From: an uncultured Pelagibacteraceae bacterium
GTDB taxonomy: Bacteria > Pseudomonadota > Alphaproteobacteria > Pelagibacterales > Pelagibacteraceae
DNA: 64,000 bases
Direction: 5' to 3'
Assembly: GCA_902527415.1 (NCBI GenBank)
Contig: CABZPD010000004.1
Location: forward strand, 40-64,039
Every line of letters starts with the position of its first letter. Position 1 is the first letter of the stretch. Position numbers and translations under genes: made by a program. The notes under the pieces were generated by a model. That model saw only the letters and a program-made list of their open reading frames with translations, did not search any database and was not told the DNA's origin. Positions 15,590 to 25,774 of the stretch are shown in pieces.

Positions 15590-15640
15590 CTATTTTAGCG
15601 GTTTTTTTTAAGCGCTCGCAATTCAGTTAAATCAGCGCAT
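15590..15640 (-). ncRNA. SAM-II riboswitch
   Basis: Minus strand AUGCGCUGAUUUAACUGAAUUGCGAGCGCUUAAAAAAAACCGCUAAAAUAG follows the SAM-II pattern (GCGC/GCGC P1, GAUUUAAC, UUGC, GCUAAA pseudoknot strand); lies upstream of metX. Confidence 0.93.
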
Positions 15641-15644
15641 AATT

Positions 15645-15673
15645 TTTTTACTAGAACTTATTTATTATGTCAA
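15645..15673 (-). promoter_or_regulatory. sigma70 promoter of metXW
   Basis: TTGACA-N17-TAAAAA on the minus strand; the predicted start site falls at the first bases of the riboswitch. Confidence 0.7.
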
Positions 15674-15746
15674 TTTTTTAAAAAATCCCCTTATTCTCTA
15701 TAAAATTTTGTAATTTTATCTATAAAGAGCACATAAATTAAAAAAA

Positions 15747-16832
15747 ATGATAACTCCAAATTTCAAAAAATTTAAAATTGAGGCTTATAAACCTGGTAAA
15801 TCAAAAGTTAAGAAACTTAAGAACGTAATTAAGCTTTCTGCAAATGAGTCTGCTTTAGGTATGAGCCCTAAAGCAAAGAAAGTAATATCAAATAAAAATC
15901 TGAATTTAGATAAATATCCAGATGGAAAATCTCAAAATTTAAGAAAAGCAATATCTAAAGCTTATAAATGTAATTTTGAGAAAATTATTTGTGGAGCTGG
16001 TTCAGATGAAGTTATTCAAATGCTCTGTCAGTTGTTTTTAAACCCAAAAGATGAGGTTGTGGTACCAGAGTACAGTTTTTTAATGTACAGAATTTACTCA
16101 AAAATTGTAGGTGCAAAAGTTGTATTTGCAAAAGAAATTAATTTTAAAGTTTCAGTAAATGAAATTTTAAAAAAAATAACAAAAAAAACTAAAATTGTGT
16201 TTATAGCTAACCCAAACAATCCTACAGGAACTTACTTAACGAAAAAAGAAGTTTTAGAATTAAGAAGAAGATTAAATAAAAAAATTTTACTAGTTATAGA
16301 TGATGCCTATGCAGAATATATGAAAAACAAAGATTATTCATCTGGGTTAGATTTGTTTAAAAATAAAGACAATGTTTTCATCCTTAGAACTTTTTCAAAA
16401 ATGTTTGGATTAGCTTCTCTGAGAGTAGGTTGGGGATACGGATCAAAAAAAATAGTTGATGCGCTAAATGTTATAAAACCACCATTTAATGTAAATGGTA
16501 TTGCTCAATTAGCTGCCATTGAGTCACTAAAGGATAAAGCTTTCATAACTAAATCGATTAGACATAATTTATTATATTCTGAAAAAATTAAGAAATTTCT
16601 TGAGATATATAATATTTTTTCAAATTCAGTTTCAGCAAATTTTTTATTACTTAATTTTGAAAAATGCAGATATTCAGCAAAATTTCTTTATGAAAAACTT
16701 AAAAATAAGGGAATTATTTTAAGATCAACAGAAGATGGTTATCATATAAAGAATAAATTAAGGTTAACTATTGGATCTAAAAAAGAAAACTTAAAATTAA
16801 TGAGTGCTATTAAACAAGTATTGAAAAAATGA
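15747..16832 (+). CDS. hisC: Histidinol-phosphate aminotransferase
   Basis: IKLSANE, ANPNNPTG, RTFSKMFGLASLRVG. Confidence 0.93.
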   Translation: MITPNFKKFKIEAYKPGKSKVKKLKNVIKLSANESALGMSPKAKKVISNKNLNLDKYPDGKSQNLRKAISKAYKCNFEKIICGAGSDEVIQMLCQLFLNPKDEVVVPEYSFLMYRIYSKIVGAKVVFAKEINFKVSVNEILKKITKKTKIVFIANPNNPTGTYLTKKEVLELRRRLNKKILLVIDDAYAEYMKNKDYSSGLDLFKNKDNVFILRTFSKMFGLASLRVGWGYGSKKIVDALNVIKPPFNVNGIAQLAAIESLKDKAFITKSIRHNLLYSEKIKKFLEIYNIFSNSVSANFLLLNFEKCRYSAKFLYEKLKNKGIILRSTEDGYHIKNKLRLTIGSKKENLKLMSAIKQVLKK

Positions 16833-17725
16833 AAAATATTTTAATTATTGGCTGTGGATTATTAGGTTCATCTTTATTAAGGCGTATTAGCAAAAAAAAA
16901 ATAGCAAAAAAAATATTTATTTATGAAAAATCAAAATCAAATATTGCTAAAATAAAAAGATTAAAATTACCTGGAACAATTGTTAAATCATTAAAAGAAG
17001 GTGCAAGTAATTCCGATTTAATCATCTTTTGTACACCAATGAGTGAATACAAAAATATTATTTTAAAAATAAATAAATTTACTCCATCTAAAACATTGAT
17101 TACAGATATTGGTTCTTCAAAAATTGAAACTTCTAAAATTATACATAAATTTTTAAAGAAAGGTATTCATTGGATTCAAAGTCACCCAATAGCTGGATCA
17201 GAAGTCAGTGGACCAGAGCATGGTAAAGAAAATATGTTTACTGATAGATGGTGCATAATAATTAAAGAAAAAAATATTAAAAAAAATAATATAAATATTC
17301 TAACTAAGTTTTGGAAAAAAATTGGAGCAAAAGTAGTTGTTATGAGCGCTGAAAAACATGACAAAATTTTTTCTATTACTAGTCATTTACCGCACTTAAT
17401 TGCATATAATCTCGTTAAATCTGCACAAGATTTCGAGAAAAAACAAAATTATGAGTTAATCAAATATAGCGCTGGTGGATTACGAGATTTTTCTAGGATT
17501 GCTGCATCAAATGAAATCATGTGGAGAGATATTTTTTTTAACAATAAAAATAATATTTCAAAAGCGATTGATTTATTTATTAAAAATTTAAATCAATTTA
17601 AAAAAGATATTAATTCAAAAAATAATAAGTCTATCGTAAAGAAACTTATTCAGACTAAAAAAGTAAGGTCAAAAATCATCAAATTGAAACAAGATATTGA
17701 TAAACCTGATTTTGGAAGAAATTAA
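16829..17725 (+). CDS. tyrA: Prephenate/arogenate (cyclohexadienyl) dehydrogenase
   Basis: GCGLLG Rossmann fold, HPIAGSE, SHLPH, RDFSRIA. Confidence 0.92.
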   Translation: MKNILIIGCGLLGSSLLRRISKKKIAKKIFIYEKSKSNIAKIKRLKLPGTIVKSLKEGASNSDLIIFCTPMSEYKNIILKINKFTPSKTLITDIGSSKIETSKIIHKFLKKGIHWIQSHPIAGSEVSGPEHGKENMFTDRWCIIIKEKNIKKNNINILTKFWKKIGAKVVVMSAEKHDKIFSITSHLPHLIAYNLVKSAQDFEKKQNYELIKYSAGGLRDFSRIAASNEIMWRDIFFNNKNNISKAIDLFIKNLNQFKKDINSKNNKSIVKKLIQTKKVRSKIIKLKQDIDKPDFGRN

Positions 17726-18471
17726 TATTTTATTCTAGATATTTTTTTTACCTTTAGTTTGGCAGTTTTTTCAATTCTATTAATTGTTTCTATAATTGGC
17801 ATAATAATTACTTTTCTTTCTGGACCATAAGCATGAATTAGTTGTTTAGAATTTAAACACATAGCAACATGACCTTTCCAAAAAATAATATCCCCTTTTT
17901 TAAATAGTCTTTTCTTTGAATTCTTTTTTGTATATTTGATTTGATCTTTTGTATCTCTTGGATAAAACGAATTATTATAAAAATAAAATATTTGCAATAA
18001 AGCTGAACAATCAATACCTTGAAATGTTTTTCCACCCCAAACATATTTTACTTCGAGAAATTTTTTAAATATTTTTGTAAAATTATTTTCTTTATGGTTT
18101 ATTTTTTTAATATCTGCTTTTTTAATCCATTTATTTTTTTCAATTTTTACGTAATTCTTATTTTGCTCAAATACAGATAATTTGGATGCAAGTGGAAGCC
18201 AACTGCTAGTTCTAATTCCAGGTTTTTTATAAATATTTGCTTTTAGAGAACTAACTTTATAATTGGGGATAAATTTTTGTATATATTTTGAATTTTTTAT
18301 AAACCCCTTATAATTATCAAACAAAGTTTTAATTTTTATCCAATTTTTATTTTTTGCTAATATTTTGAATTTCTCACCATATATAATTTGTGAAATTACC
18401 TCAGATCTTTTCGAAGAACTTTTGTAAATATTCGAAAAATTACCTATGAAATAAAAATTATTTTGCACCAA
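17722..18471 (-). CDS. SH3b + NlpC/P60 (C40) peptidase, YkfC-like, no signal peptide
   Basis: YVWGG, DCS, GHV, IHA catalytic pattern; N-terminal SQIIYGE SH3-like segment; start could be 18468. Confidence 0.85.
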   Translation of the reverse strand: MVQNNFYFIGNFSNIYKSSSKRSEVISQIIYGEKFKILAKNKNWIKIKTLFDNYKGFIKNSKYIQKFIPNYKVSSLKANIYKKPGIRTSSWLPLASKLSVFEQNKNYVKIEKNKWIKKADIKKINHKENNFTKIFKKFLEVKYVWGGKTFQGIDCSALLQIFYFYNNSFYPRDTKDQIKYTKKNSKKRLFKKGDIIFWKGHVAMCLNSKQLIHAYGPERKVIIMPIIETINRIEKTAKLKVKKISRIKY

Positions 18472-19834
18472 TTTTAATTTTGTTTTTAATTAACCACAAA
18501 CAAATTAATGATGGTATCACCATTATAGTCGTTAAAACAAAAAATGTTCCCCAATCTCCGTTTAACCAGTCAACTAGAGCTCCTGAGGATGAAGCTAAAG
18601 TAGTACGACCAGCAGTACCAATTGAAGCAAGCAATGCATATTGTGTGGCTGTATAAGTTCTATCAACTAGTAATGATATAAATGCAACAAATGCTACAGT
18701 TGCAAAAGCTGCTGTGATATCATCAGCTATAACCGCAATTGCAAATAAAATTTCTGATTTTCCAGTCCATGCCAAAACTGCAAATAAAAGATTGGTTATA
18801 GCCATTAACCCACCAGCAAAGAACATAGTTTTAATTGTTCCAGCTCTCATGGCCATTACTCCACCCAACAAAGTAAATACAACTGTTGTTATCCAGCCAA
18901 GTCCTTTTGAATAAATTGCAATTTGACCTTTGGAGAAACCAATTTCTTTATAAAAAACAATAGACATTCTTCCCATAAATGCCTCACCTATCTTAAACAA
19001 GAAAACAAATCCTAAAATTCCAGCTGCAATGGCAAAACCATTTTTTCTAAAAAAACTAATAATAGGTCCGCCTATAGTTCCTGTAATATATGCGATAAAG
19101 TTTGTAATAATATTGCTAGATCCAAGTTTTCCTTCAATTAATTTGTCTGTTTCTCTCTGTTTTGCTTGTCTGTTTGTCTCTATAGGTTCATGAACAAACA
19201 TTAATCCAATATTCATTAAAATTATTAAAATACCTAAAATTAAAAAAGTAGCTTGCCAGTAGTCAGCTATCCCTAGGTTTTCAAAAAATTCTGCTGTGAA
19301 TAAAGCAACAACTCCGCCTAATTTATAACCTGTCCACCAACCAACAACAGCCATAGCTGCACCAGCAGCCATTGATTTTCCCTCATTTTCATTTATCTGT
19401 TCAATTCTTAATGCATCTACAGTTATATCTTGGGTTGCTGACGCAATAGCAATAATTAAACCTACAGTAATTAATAAAGCCAAATTTTCAGTTGGATTAA
19501 TCACACTCCAAACAACAAGACTTAACAAAATAATTAATTGCATCAAAACTATCCATCCTCTTCTATGGCCTAATTTTTTTGTTAGTATTGGAATTTGAAT
19601 TCTATCTATAATGGGAGCCCACAAATAATTGAAAGCATATACTCCAAAAATTAAACCTGCCCATCCAATTGTTGATCTACTAAGACCTTCTTCTTTAAGC
19701 CAAAGACTTAAGCTGCTTGCAATTAATACCCATGGAAATCCACTTATTGCACCTAATAAAAGAATTCTTAACATTCGAATATCTTTATAAACTGCAAAAG
19801 AATCAAGCCATGTTTGTTTCTTTGTTTCAGACAT
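18458..19834 (-). CDS. ampG: AmpG family muropeptide MFS permease
   Basis: LLGAISGFP, YLWAPIID, SATQDITVDA, ATQYALL; start taken at MSETKK. Confidence 0.9.
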   Translation of the reverse strand: MSETKKQTWLDSFAVYKDIRMLRILLLGAISGFPWVLIASSLSLWLKEEGLSRSTIGWAGLIFGVYAFNYLWAPIIDRIQIPILTKKLGHRRGWIVLMQLIILLSLVVWSVINPTENLALLITVGLIIAIASATQDITVDALRIEQINENEGKSMAAGAAMAVVGWWTGYKLGGVVALFTAEFFENLGIADYWQATFLILGILIILMNIGLMFVHEPIETNRQAKQRETDKLIEGKLGSSNIITNFIAYITGTIGGPIISFFRKNGFAIAAGILGFVFLFKIGEAFMGRMSIVFYKEIGFSKGQIAIYSKGLGWITTVVFTLLGGVMAMRAGTIKTMFFAGGLMAITNLLFAVLAWTGKSEILFAIAVIADDITAAFATVAFVAFISLLVDRTYTATQYALLASIGTAGRTTLASSSGALVDWLNGDWGTFFVLTTIMVIPSLICLWLIKNKIKIGAK

Positions 19835-19836
19835 AA

Positions 19837-21276
19837 TTAATTTCTCCAAAAAGATGGTAAGAACAATACTAATATCGCAAATAACTCAAGTCTACCTAAA
19901 ATCATACCTAAAGTTAAGATCCATTTAGAAATATCGGGCAAAGATGAAAAATCTCCATTAGGTCCTATTATAGGGCCTAAACCAGGACCAACGTTGGATA
20001 TTGATGTTGCCGCTCCAGAGATAGCAGTTATAAAATCGAGACCTGTTAATGATAATAATGCAGCTAAAATAAAAAAAATAACAAAGTAGAAATAAATAAA
20101 TGAAATTATTGATGCAATAAATTTATCATCAACAGATCCTTGATCGTATTTAATTACAAATATTCCCTTGGGGTATATAATTTTTTTTAATTGATTTAAT
20201 ATAAATAAATACAGAATTTGAATTCTGAAAATTTTAACTCCACAAGTAGTTGATCCAGCACAGCCCCCAATAAACATTAATGCAAGAAATATTGTTATAG
20301 GAAAACTTCCCCAACCGTCGAATTCAGCATTTACATAACCTGTTCCAGTCAATATTGAAATTGTATTAAATACAATAGATCTTAAACTAAAGTTTCCGTT
20401 ATTATTAAATAATAAATAAATTGATAATATAATAATGCTTATAATTATTATTTTAATAAATGTTCTGATTTGAATATCATTTAAAAATATTTTTTTATTA
20501 CCACTAATAAATTTAATATATGCAATAAATGGGATACTTCCTAAAATTATAAAAATCATCGATGATATTTCTATAAGAACACTGTCAAAATATCCGATAG
20601 ATTGATTATAATTAGAAAATCCACCTGTAGCTATGGTAGTCATAGAATGAGTTAAACTATCAAATTTTCCCATTCCAAATACCCAATATGATAATGCACA
20701 AAGAGCAGTTAGGCCTGAATAAATATAAATAAGTCTTAAAGCTATTTCTTTTGATTTAGGAAGAATTTTTTCAGATTTGTCGTTGCTAGAAATTTTAAAT
20801 AATTGCATACCACCAACATTCATTATAGGCATCAGGGTAATTGCCATAACAATTATACCAATACCCCCCAACCATTGAAGTATTGCTCTCCATAATAGAA
20901 TACCTTTTGGTGCATTCTCTAAGTCAGAAATAATTGTTGATCCAGTTGTTGTAATACCAGACATACTTTCAAAAAAAGCATCAGTAATTGAAAGTTCAAT
21001 ACTCGAAAATATAAATGGTAAAGATCCAAAAATAGCAATACTTAACCATGACAAGGCAGTTAATAAAAATGCTTGTTGCAAATTTAACTTTTTGTCATGG
21101 TCTAGATTTGAAAGAAAAAATAATGATCCAAAAATTATAGTAACAATAGATGCACCAAAAAACGATGAATCTATATCTGAATAAATAAATTGAGCAATTA
21201 TAGGGATGAACATTGAGACCCCTAAAATTATTTGCAAAATTCCCAGTGTAAAAAAAACAGTTTTATAATTAGACAT
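19837..21276 (-). CDS. trkH: Trk potassium uptake membrane protein
   Basis: FESMSGITTTG, TGGFS, GGCAGSTTCG, NVGPGLG, GRLE. Confidence 0.95.
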   Translation of the reverse strand: MSNYKTVFFTLGILQIILGVSMFIPIIAQFIYSDIDSSFFGASIVTIIFGSLFFLSNLDHDKKLNLQQAFLLTALSWLSIAIFGSLPFIFSSIELSITDAFFESMSGITTTGSTIISDLENAPKGILLWRAILQWLGGIGIIVMAITLMPIMNVGGMQLFKISSNDKSEKILPKSKEIALRLIYIYSGLTALCALSYWVFGMGKFDSLTHSMTTIATGGFSNYNQSIGYFDSVLIEISSMIFIILGSIPFIAYIKFISGNKKIFLNDIQIRTFIKIIIISIIILSIYLLFNNNGNFSLRSIVFNTISILTGTGYVNAEFDGWGSFPITIFLALMFIGGCAGSTTCGVKIFRIQILYLFILNQLKKIIYPKGIFVIKYDQGSVDDKFIASIISFIYFYFVIFFILAALLSLTGLDFITAISGAATSISNVGPGLGPIIGPNGDFSSLPDISKWILTLGMILGRLELFAILVLFLPSFWRN

Positions 21277-21367
21277 TTTGAAAGAACATTATTTTATGGT
21301 AAATAAATTTCAACTCTATAAGAATTAATAAAATCGCCAATTTAAGATTTTTATAAAAGATATATTC

Positions 21368-22930
21368 GTGATTAAAAAAGAAATTTTAGACAAAACAAGT
21401 GCTTGGCCTTTCGTTGAAGCAAAAAAAATGCTTCGTGAGAGAAAATCATTTATTGATAAAAAAGGAAAAATTACCCTTCAAACAGGATATGGTCCAAGCG
21501 GTCTTCCTCATATCGGAACATTTGGCGAAGTTGCAAGGACTTCGATGTTGGTGAATGCCTTAAAGCAACTTACAGATTTACCAACTGAGATAATTACTTT
21601 TTCTGATGATATGGATGGTTTAAGAAAAGTTCCTGACAATGTTCCTAATCAGGAATTACTAAACAAAAACTTACATAAACCATTAACACAAGTTCCTGAT
21701 CCATTTGAAAAATTTGCAAGTTTTGGAGAGCATAATAATGAAATGTTAAAAGATTTTTTAAATAGTTTTAATTTTAAATACAGTTTTAAAAGTTCGACAT
21801 CTTTATATAAAGGTGGTTTTTTCAACCCAACTTTAAAAATTATTTTAGAAAATTACGATGGTATAATGAACATTATACTTCCAACTTTAGGCAAAGAACG
21901 TCAGCAAACTTACTGCCCCTTTTTACCAATTTGTCCAGATACAGGTCATGTCCTTGAAATTCCAGTTATAGAAATTGATAAAAAAAATTCTAAAATAATT
22001 TTTGATAATAAAGGTAAAAAATTAGAATCTAGTATTTTGGATGGAAATTGTAAATTACAATGGAAAGTTGATTGGGCAATGAGATGGTATGCTCTAGATA
22101 TAGATTTTGAAATGTATGGAAAAGACCTTATTGAGAGTGCAATTTTATCGACCAAAATAATAAATTTAATTGGTAAAAAACATCCATCTGGATTTGCTTA
22201 TGAATTATTTCTTGATGAAAAGGGTGAAAAAATTTCAAAATCAAAAGGAAATGGTATTACTATCGACCAATGGTTAAAATATGCTTCACCCGAAAGCTTA
22301 TCTTTATACATGTATCAAAATCCAAAAAGAGCAAAAAAACTTTATAAAGAAATAGTCCCTAAAGCTGTAGATGAGTACCTTGATAATATTGAAAAATCAA
22401 AAAAACAAACAGAACAACAATTAGTAATGAATCCTGTTTGGCATGTTCATAATGGAAAAATTCCAAAAGAAGAGATGATTATGACTTTTTCTATGTTGTT
22501 GAATTTAGTTGAAACAAGTAATGCTGATAACAAAGACTTATTATGGAAGTTTGTTAAAAAATACAAATCTAATATTCATGAAAAAAATTTTCCAATTTTT
22601 GATGCACTAGTAGGTTATGCAATCAAGTATTTTAATGATGTTATTAAGGCTCAAAAAAAATATAAAAATCCATCTGAAAATGAAAAATTAGCTCTTCAAG
22701 CCTTAGTTAAAACTTTAGAACAATGTAATGACCAAATGTCTCCAGAGGATATACAAACATTAATTTATTCAACAGGCAAAGAAAATGGGTATACAGAAAA
22801 CTTAAGAGATTGGTTTAAGTTAATTTATGAAGTGGTGTTTGGAGATGAAAATGGACCTAGAATGGGTTTTTTTATAAGTTTTTTCGGTGTTAACGAAACA
22901 AAAGAATTGATAATTAGTAAATTGAAATAA
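21368..22930 (+). CDS. lysS: Lysine--tRNA ligase, class I
   Basis: GPSGLPHIGT, CKLQWKVDW, KISKSKGN, GPRMG. Confidence 0.96.
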   Translation: MIKKEILDKTSAWPFVEAKKMLRERKSFIDKKGKITLQTGYGPSGLPHIGTFGEVARTSMLVNALKQLTDLPTEIITFSDDMDGLRKVPDNVPNQELLNKNLHKPLTQVPDPFEKFASFGEHNNEMLKDFLNSFNFKYSFKSSTSLYKGGFFNPTLKIILENYDGIMNIILPTLGKERQQTYCPFLPICPDTGHVLEIPVIEIDKKNSKIIFDNKGKKLESSILDGNCKLQWKVDWAMRWYALDIDFEMYGKDLIESAILSTKIINLIGKKHPSGFAYELFLDEKGEKISKSKGNGITIDQWLKYASPESLSLYMYQNPKRAKKLYKEIVPKAVDEYLDNIEKSKKQTEQQLVMNPVWHVHNGKIPKEEMIMTFSMLLNLVETSNADNKDLLWKFVKKYKSNIHEKNFPIFDALVGYAIKYFNDVIKAQKKYKNPSENEKLALQALVKTLEQCNDQMSPEDIQTLIYSTGKENGYTENLRDWFKLIYEVVFGDENGPRMGFFISFFGVNETKELIISKLK

Positions 22931-23982
22931 TGTATTCAAATTTAAGATCTTTAATATTTAAAATAGATCCTGAAAGAGCACATTTTTTAGCAATTCAATC
23001 ACTCAAACTCAATTTAGTTTCAAATATATTTGATGAAAACAAAAATGATCCAATTTTAAAAACAGAATTATTTAATAAAGATCTTGATAATCCTATCGGT
23101 ATTGCTGCAGGTTTTGATAAGAATGCAGAGGTATATAACCCTTTATTTAAATTGGGTTTTGGATTTGTTGAAGTAGGTACAGTTACTCCATTAAAACAAT
23201 ATGGAAATGAAAAACCAAGAGTATTTAGATTGGTAGAAGATCAAGCATTAATTAATAGGTTAGGTTTTAATAACCACGGATCAGATACAATATTAAACAG
23301 AATAAAATCTAATAAAAAACTAGGTGTGCTGGGTGTTAATGTAGGTCCAAACAAAGATTCCAATGATAGATTGAATGATTATTTAATTGGATTAGAAAAA
23401 TTTTCTGAAGTTGCAGATTATATTACAATTAATATTTCGTCACCAAATACTGAAAATCTAAGAAACTTTCATGATGAGAATAAATTAAAAGAGTTATTAA
23501 AATCTATATCAGAGAAAAAAAAACAATTAAAAACTGAAATTCCTGTAGCTGTAAAAATTTCACCAGATATAAATGAAAATCAAATTGACTTAATTTCAGA
23601 AATACTCTTAGAAAATGAAATAAGCGCAATAATAATTTCAAATACTTCCGAAGCTTCCCGGGAAACACTTCAAAATATACAGAGACATCAAAAAGGTGGT
23701 TTATCTGGAAAACCTATTGAAAAAAAATCAAATCTTTTAATAAGTAAATTCTACAATTTAATTAAAGGTAAAATTAAAATAATTGGAGTAGGTGGTGTTG
23801 ACTCTGGTAAAGCAGCTTATGAAAAGTTTTTATTAGGAGCAGATTATGTTCAATTATATACCGGCATGGTATTTCAAGGACCCAATATTGCTGGGATGAT
23901 TAAAAAGGACCTAAAAGAATTACTAATAAGAGATGGTGTCAAAAATTTCACAGAAATTGTGGGAAATAAAACTGTTTCTTAA
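22930..23982 (+). CDS. pyrD: Dihydroorotate dehydrogenase (quinone), class 2
   Basis: AAGFDKN, NRLGFNN, NISSPNT, GGLSG. Confidence 0.96.
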   Translation: MYSNLRSLIFKIDPERAHFLAIQSLKLNLVSNIFDENKNDPILKTELFNKDLDNPIGIAAGFDKNAEVYNPLFKLGFGFVEVGTVTPLKQYGNEKPRVFRLVEDQALINRLGFNNHGSDTILNRIKSNKKLGVLGVNVGPNKDSNDRLNDYLIGLEKFSEVADYITINISSPNTENLRNFHDENKLKELLKSISEKKKQLKTEIPVAVKISPDINENQIDLISEILLENEISAIIISNTSEASRETLQNIQRHQKGGLSGKPIEKKSNLLISKFYNLIKGKIKIIGVGGVDSGKAAYEKFLLGADYVQLYTGMVFQGPNIAGMIKKDLKELLIRDGVKNFTEIVGNKTVS

Positions 23983-23993
23983 ATGTATTAAAC

Positions 23994-24022
23994 TTGACGC
24001 CTTCAATATCTCCCCTTATATA
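23994..24022 (+). promoter_or_regulatory. sigma70 promoter of rpmB
   Basis: TTGACG-N17-TATATA ending 12 nt before the rpmB ATG. Confidence 0.65.
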
Positions 24023-24034
24023 AGCACTGTTATT

Positions 24035-24346
24035 ATGTCAAAAAAATGTGAACTTACTGGTAAAATTCCTATGAAAGGTCATAATGTTAGTCATGCTAAC
24101 AACAAGACTAAAAGAAGATTTTTACCGAATCTTAAAAAAGTAAAATTTACAAGTGAGCTTACTGGAAGAAGTTTAAAACTTACTGTAAGCAATTCAGGTG
24201 TAAGATCAGTTGACAAAAAAGGAAGTTTTGATGAATTTTTAAAAACTGTAAAAAATAAAAATTTATCTCCTAGATTAAAAAAGTTGAAAAAAGTAGTTTT
24301 AATTAAATCCCCTTTTAAAAAGAAACCTGTAGCTAAATCAGCTTAA
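24035..24346 (+). CDS. rpmB: 50S ribosomal protein L28
   Basis: [10 protein letters not shown]...[19 protein letters not shown]; true start 24035, not the ORF-track start. Confidence 0.97.
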   Translation: MSKKCELTGKIPMKGHNVSHANNKTKRRFLPNLKKVKFTSELTGRSLKLTVSNSGVRSVDKKGSFDEFLKTVKNKNLSPRLKKLKKVVLIKSPFKKKPVAKSA

Positions 24347-24900
24347 TGAACAAATTATTTATCACCCTGTCAATAATGATGGGGGTTGTTGTATTATCTT
24401 CTAATTATTTAGTTCAGTTCCCAATAAACTATTTTGGATTAAATGAGATTTTAACTTATGGAGCTTTTAGTTATCCAATAGCTTTTTTAATAACAGATTT
24501 AGCAAATAGGTCTTATGGAAAATTATTAGCAAGGCAAATTGTATATTTGGGCTTTTTAATAGGAATTATATTTACATTGTTATTCTCAACTGATTTTGCA
24601 GATTTAATATCTGTCAGAATTGCAATAGGATCAGGGGTAGCTTTTATTACTGCTCAATTATTAGATATTCAAATTTTTGATCGATTAAGAAAAAAAGAGT
24701 GGTTTGTAGCTCCACTTACTTCATCTTTGATTGGATCAACAGTTGACACATTTTTATTTTTCTCAATATCATTTTATGCAACAGGGGTACCTTGGGTTAC
24801 TTTATCTCTAGGAGATTTAGCAGTAAAAGTTTTAGTTGCTCTAATAATGTTGATACCGTTTAGAATGTTATTGAAAATTATTAAACCAATTAAAGTTTAA
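24346..24900 (+). CDS. yhhQ: Queuosine precursor transporter (VUT/YhhQ family)
   Basis: YPIAFLITDL, AQLLDIQIFDRLR, DTFLFFSISF; multi-TM. Confidence 0.85.
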   Translation: MNKLFITLSIMMGVVVLSSNYLVQFPINYFGLNEILTYGAFSYPIAFLITDLANRSYGKLLARQIVYLGFLIGIIFTLLFSTDFADLISVRIAIGSGVAFITAQLLDIQIFDRLRKKEWFVAPLTSSLIGSTVDTFLFFSISFYATGVPWVTLSLGDLAVKVLVALIMLIPFRMLLKIIKPIKV

Positions 24901-25772
24901 TATAAAAATTTATAAGACAAGATTTTATAAGCTAGCTTTGCAACAAGAAAATTATAAGAATTAAATCCTTTAATTGGAGACAGTTCATTAATATCTGCAC
25001 CAACAATTTTCGAGTTTTTAGCTGCAATTCTTATTATATCCAATGTTTCATCCCACAAAAGTCCTCCTGGTTCAGGTGTACCGGTTGCAGGCATAATGCT
25101 TGAATCTAGCCCATCTACATCAAATGTAAGATAAACAGTTTTATTTTTAATTAGTTTTTTAAATTTAGACAAATTCCATTTTTTTTTATCTTTCGCCCAA
25201 AAAATATTTATTCTTGAAGAATTTTTTTTTAAAAATGGGATTTCACTTTCCGAGATATTTCTTATGCCAAATGAAATTAACGAAACGTTTTTATAATCTA
25301 GACACCTTCTAATAGCTGAGGCATGTGAAAATTTTTCTCCATTATAACTTTGACGTAAATCTGCATGAGCATCAAAATGTAACAGACAAATGTTTTTATA
25401 TTTTTTAGTAAAAGGAACAATACATCCAGGAGTTATTGAATGCTCTCCACCCAAAGTCATTGGAAAGAGTTTTTTATTTAAAATTTCTTTATTAATATTA
25501 GAGATTTTATTTAGTGCTTTTTTGATATTTTTATCAATTTTAAATGGTTTTAAAGTTTTAATACCTATTTTTTTATAAGGTTCACAATTAAGCTCTTCAT
25601 CATACAGCTCAACTTGATGAGATGCTTTTATAATTTCTTTAGGTCCATTTTTTGTTCCTCCCCCATAACTGACTGTTTTTTCTAAACCAAATGGAACAAT
25701 TACAGCTTTTTCTTTAAAGCTAAATTTATTATCAATTCCTAAAAACCCGTTTTTATTTGATAGATATTTCAA
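24897..25772 (-). CDS. speB: Agmatinase / ureohydrolase
   Basis: GGEHSIT, DAHADL, DVDGLD, GTPEPGG. Confidence 0.9.
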   Translation of the reverse strand: MKYLSNKNGFLGIDNKFSFKEKAVIVPFGLEKTVSYGGGTKNGPKEIIKASHQVELYDEELNCEPYKKIGIKTLKPFKIDKNIKKALNKISNINKEILNKKLFPMTLGGEHSITPGCIVPFTKKYKNICLLHFDAHADLRQSYNGEKFSHASAIRRCLDYKNVSLISFGIRNISESEIPFLKKNSSRINIFWAKDKKKWNLSKFKKLIKNKTVYLTFDVDGLDSSIMPATGTPEPGGLLWDETLDIIRIAAKNSKIVGADINELSPIKGFNSYNFLVAKLAYKILSYKFLY

Positions 25773-25774
25773 TT

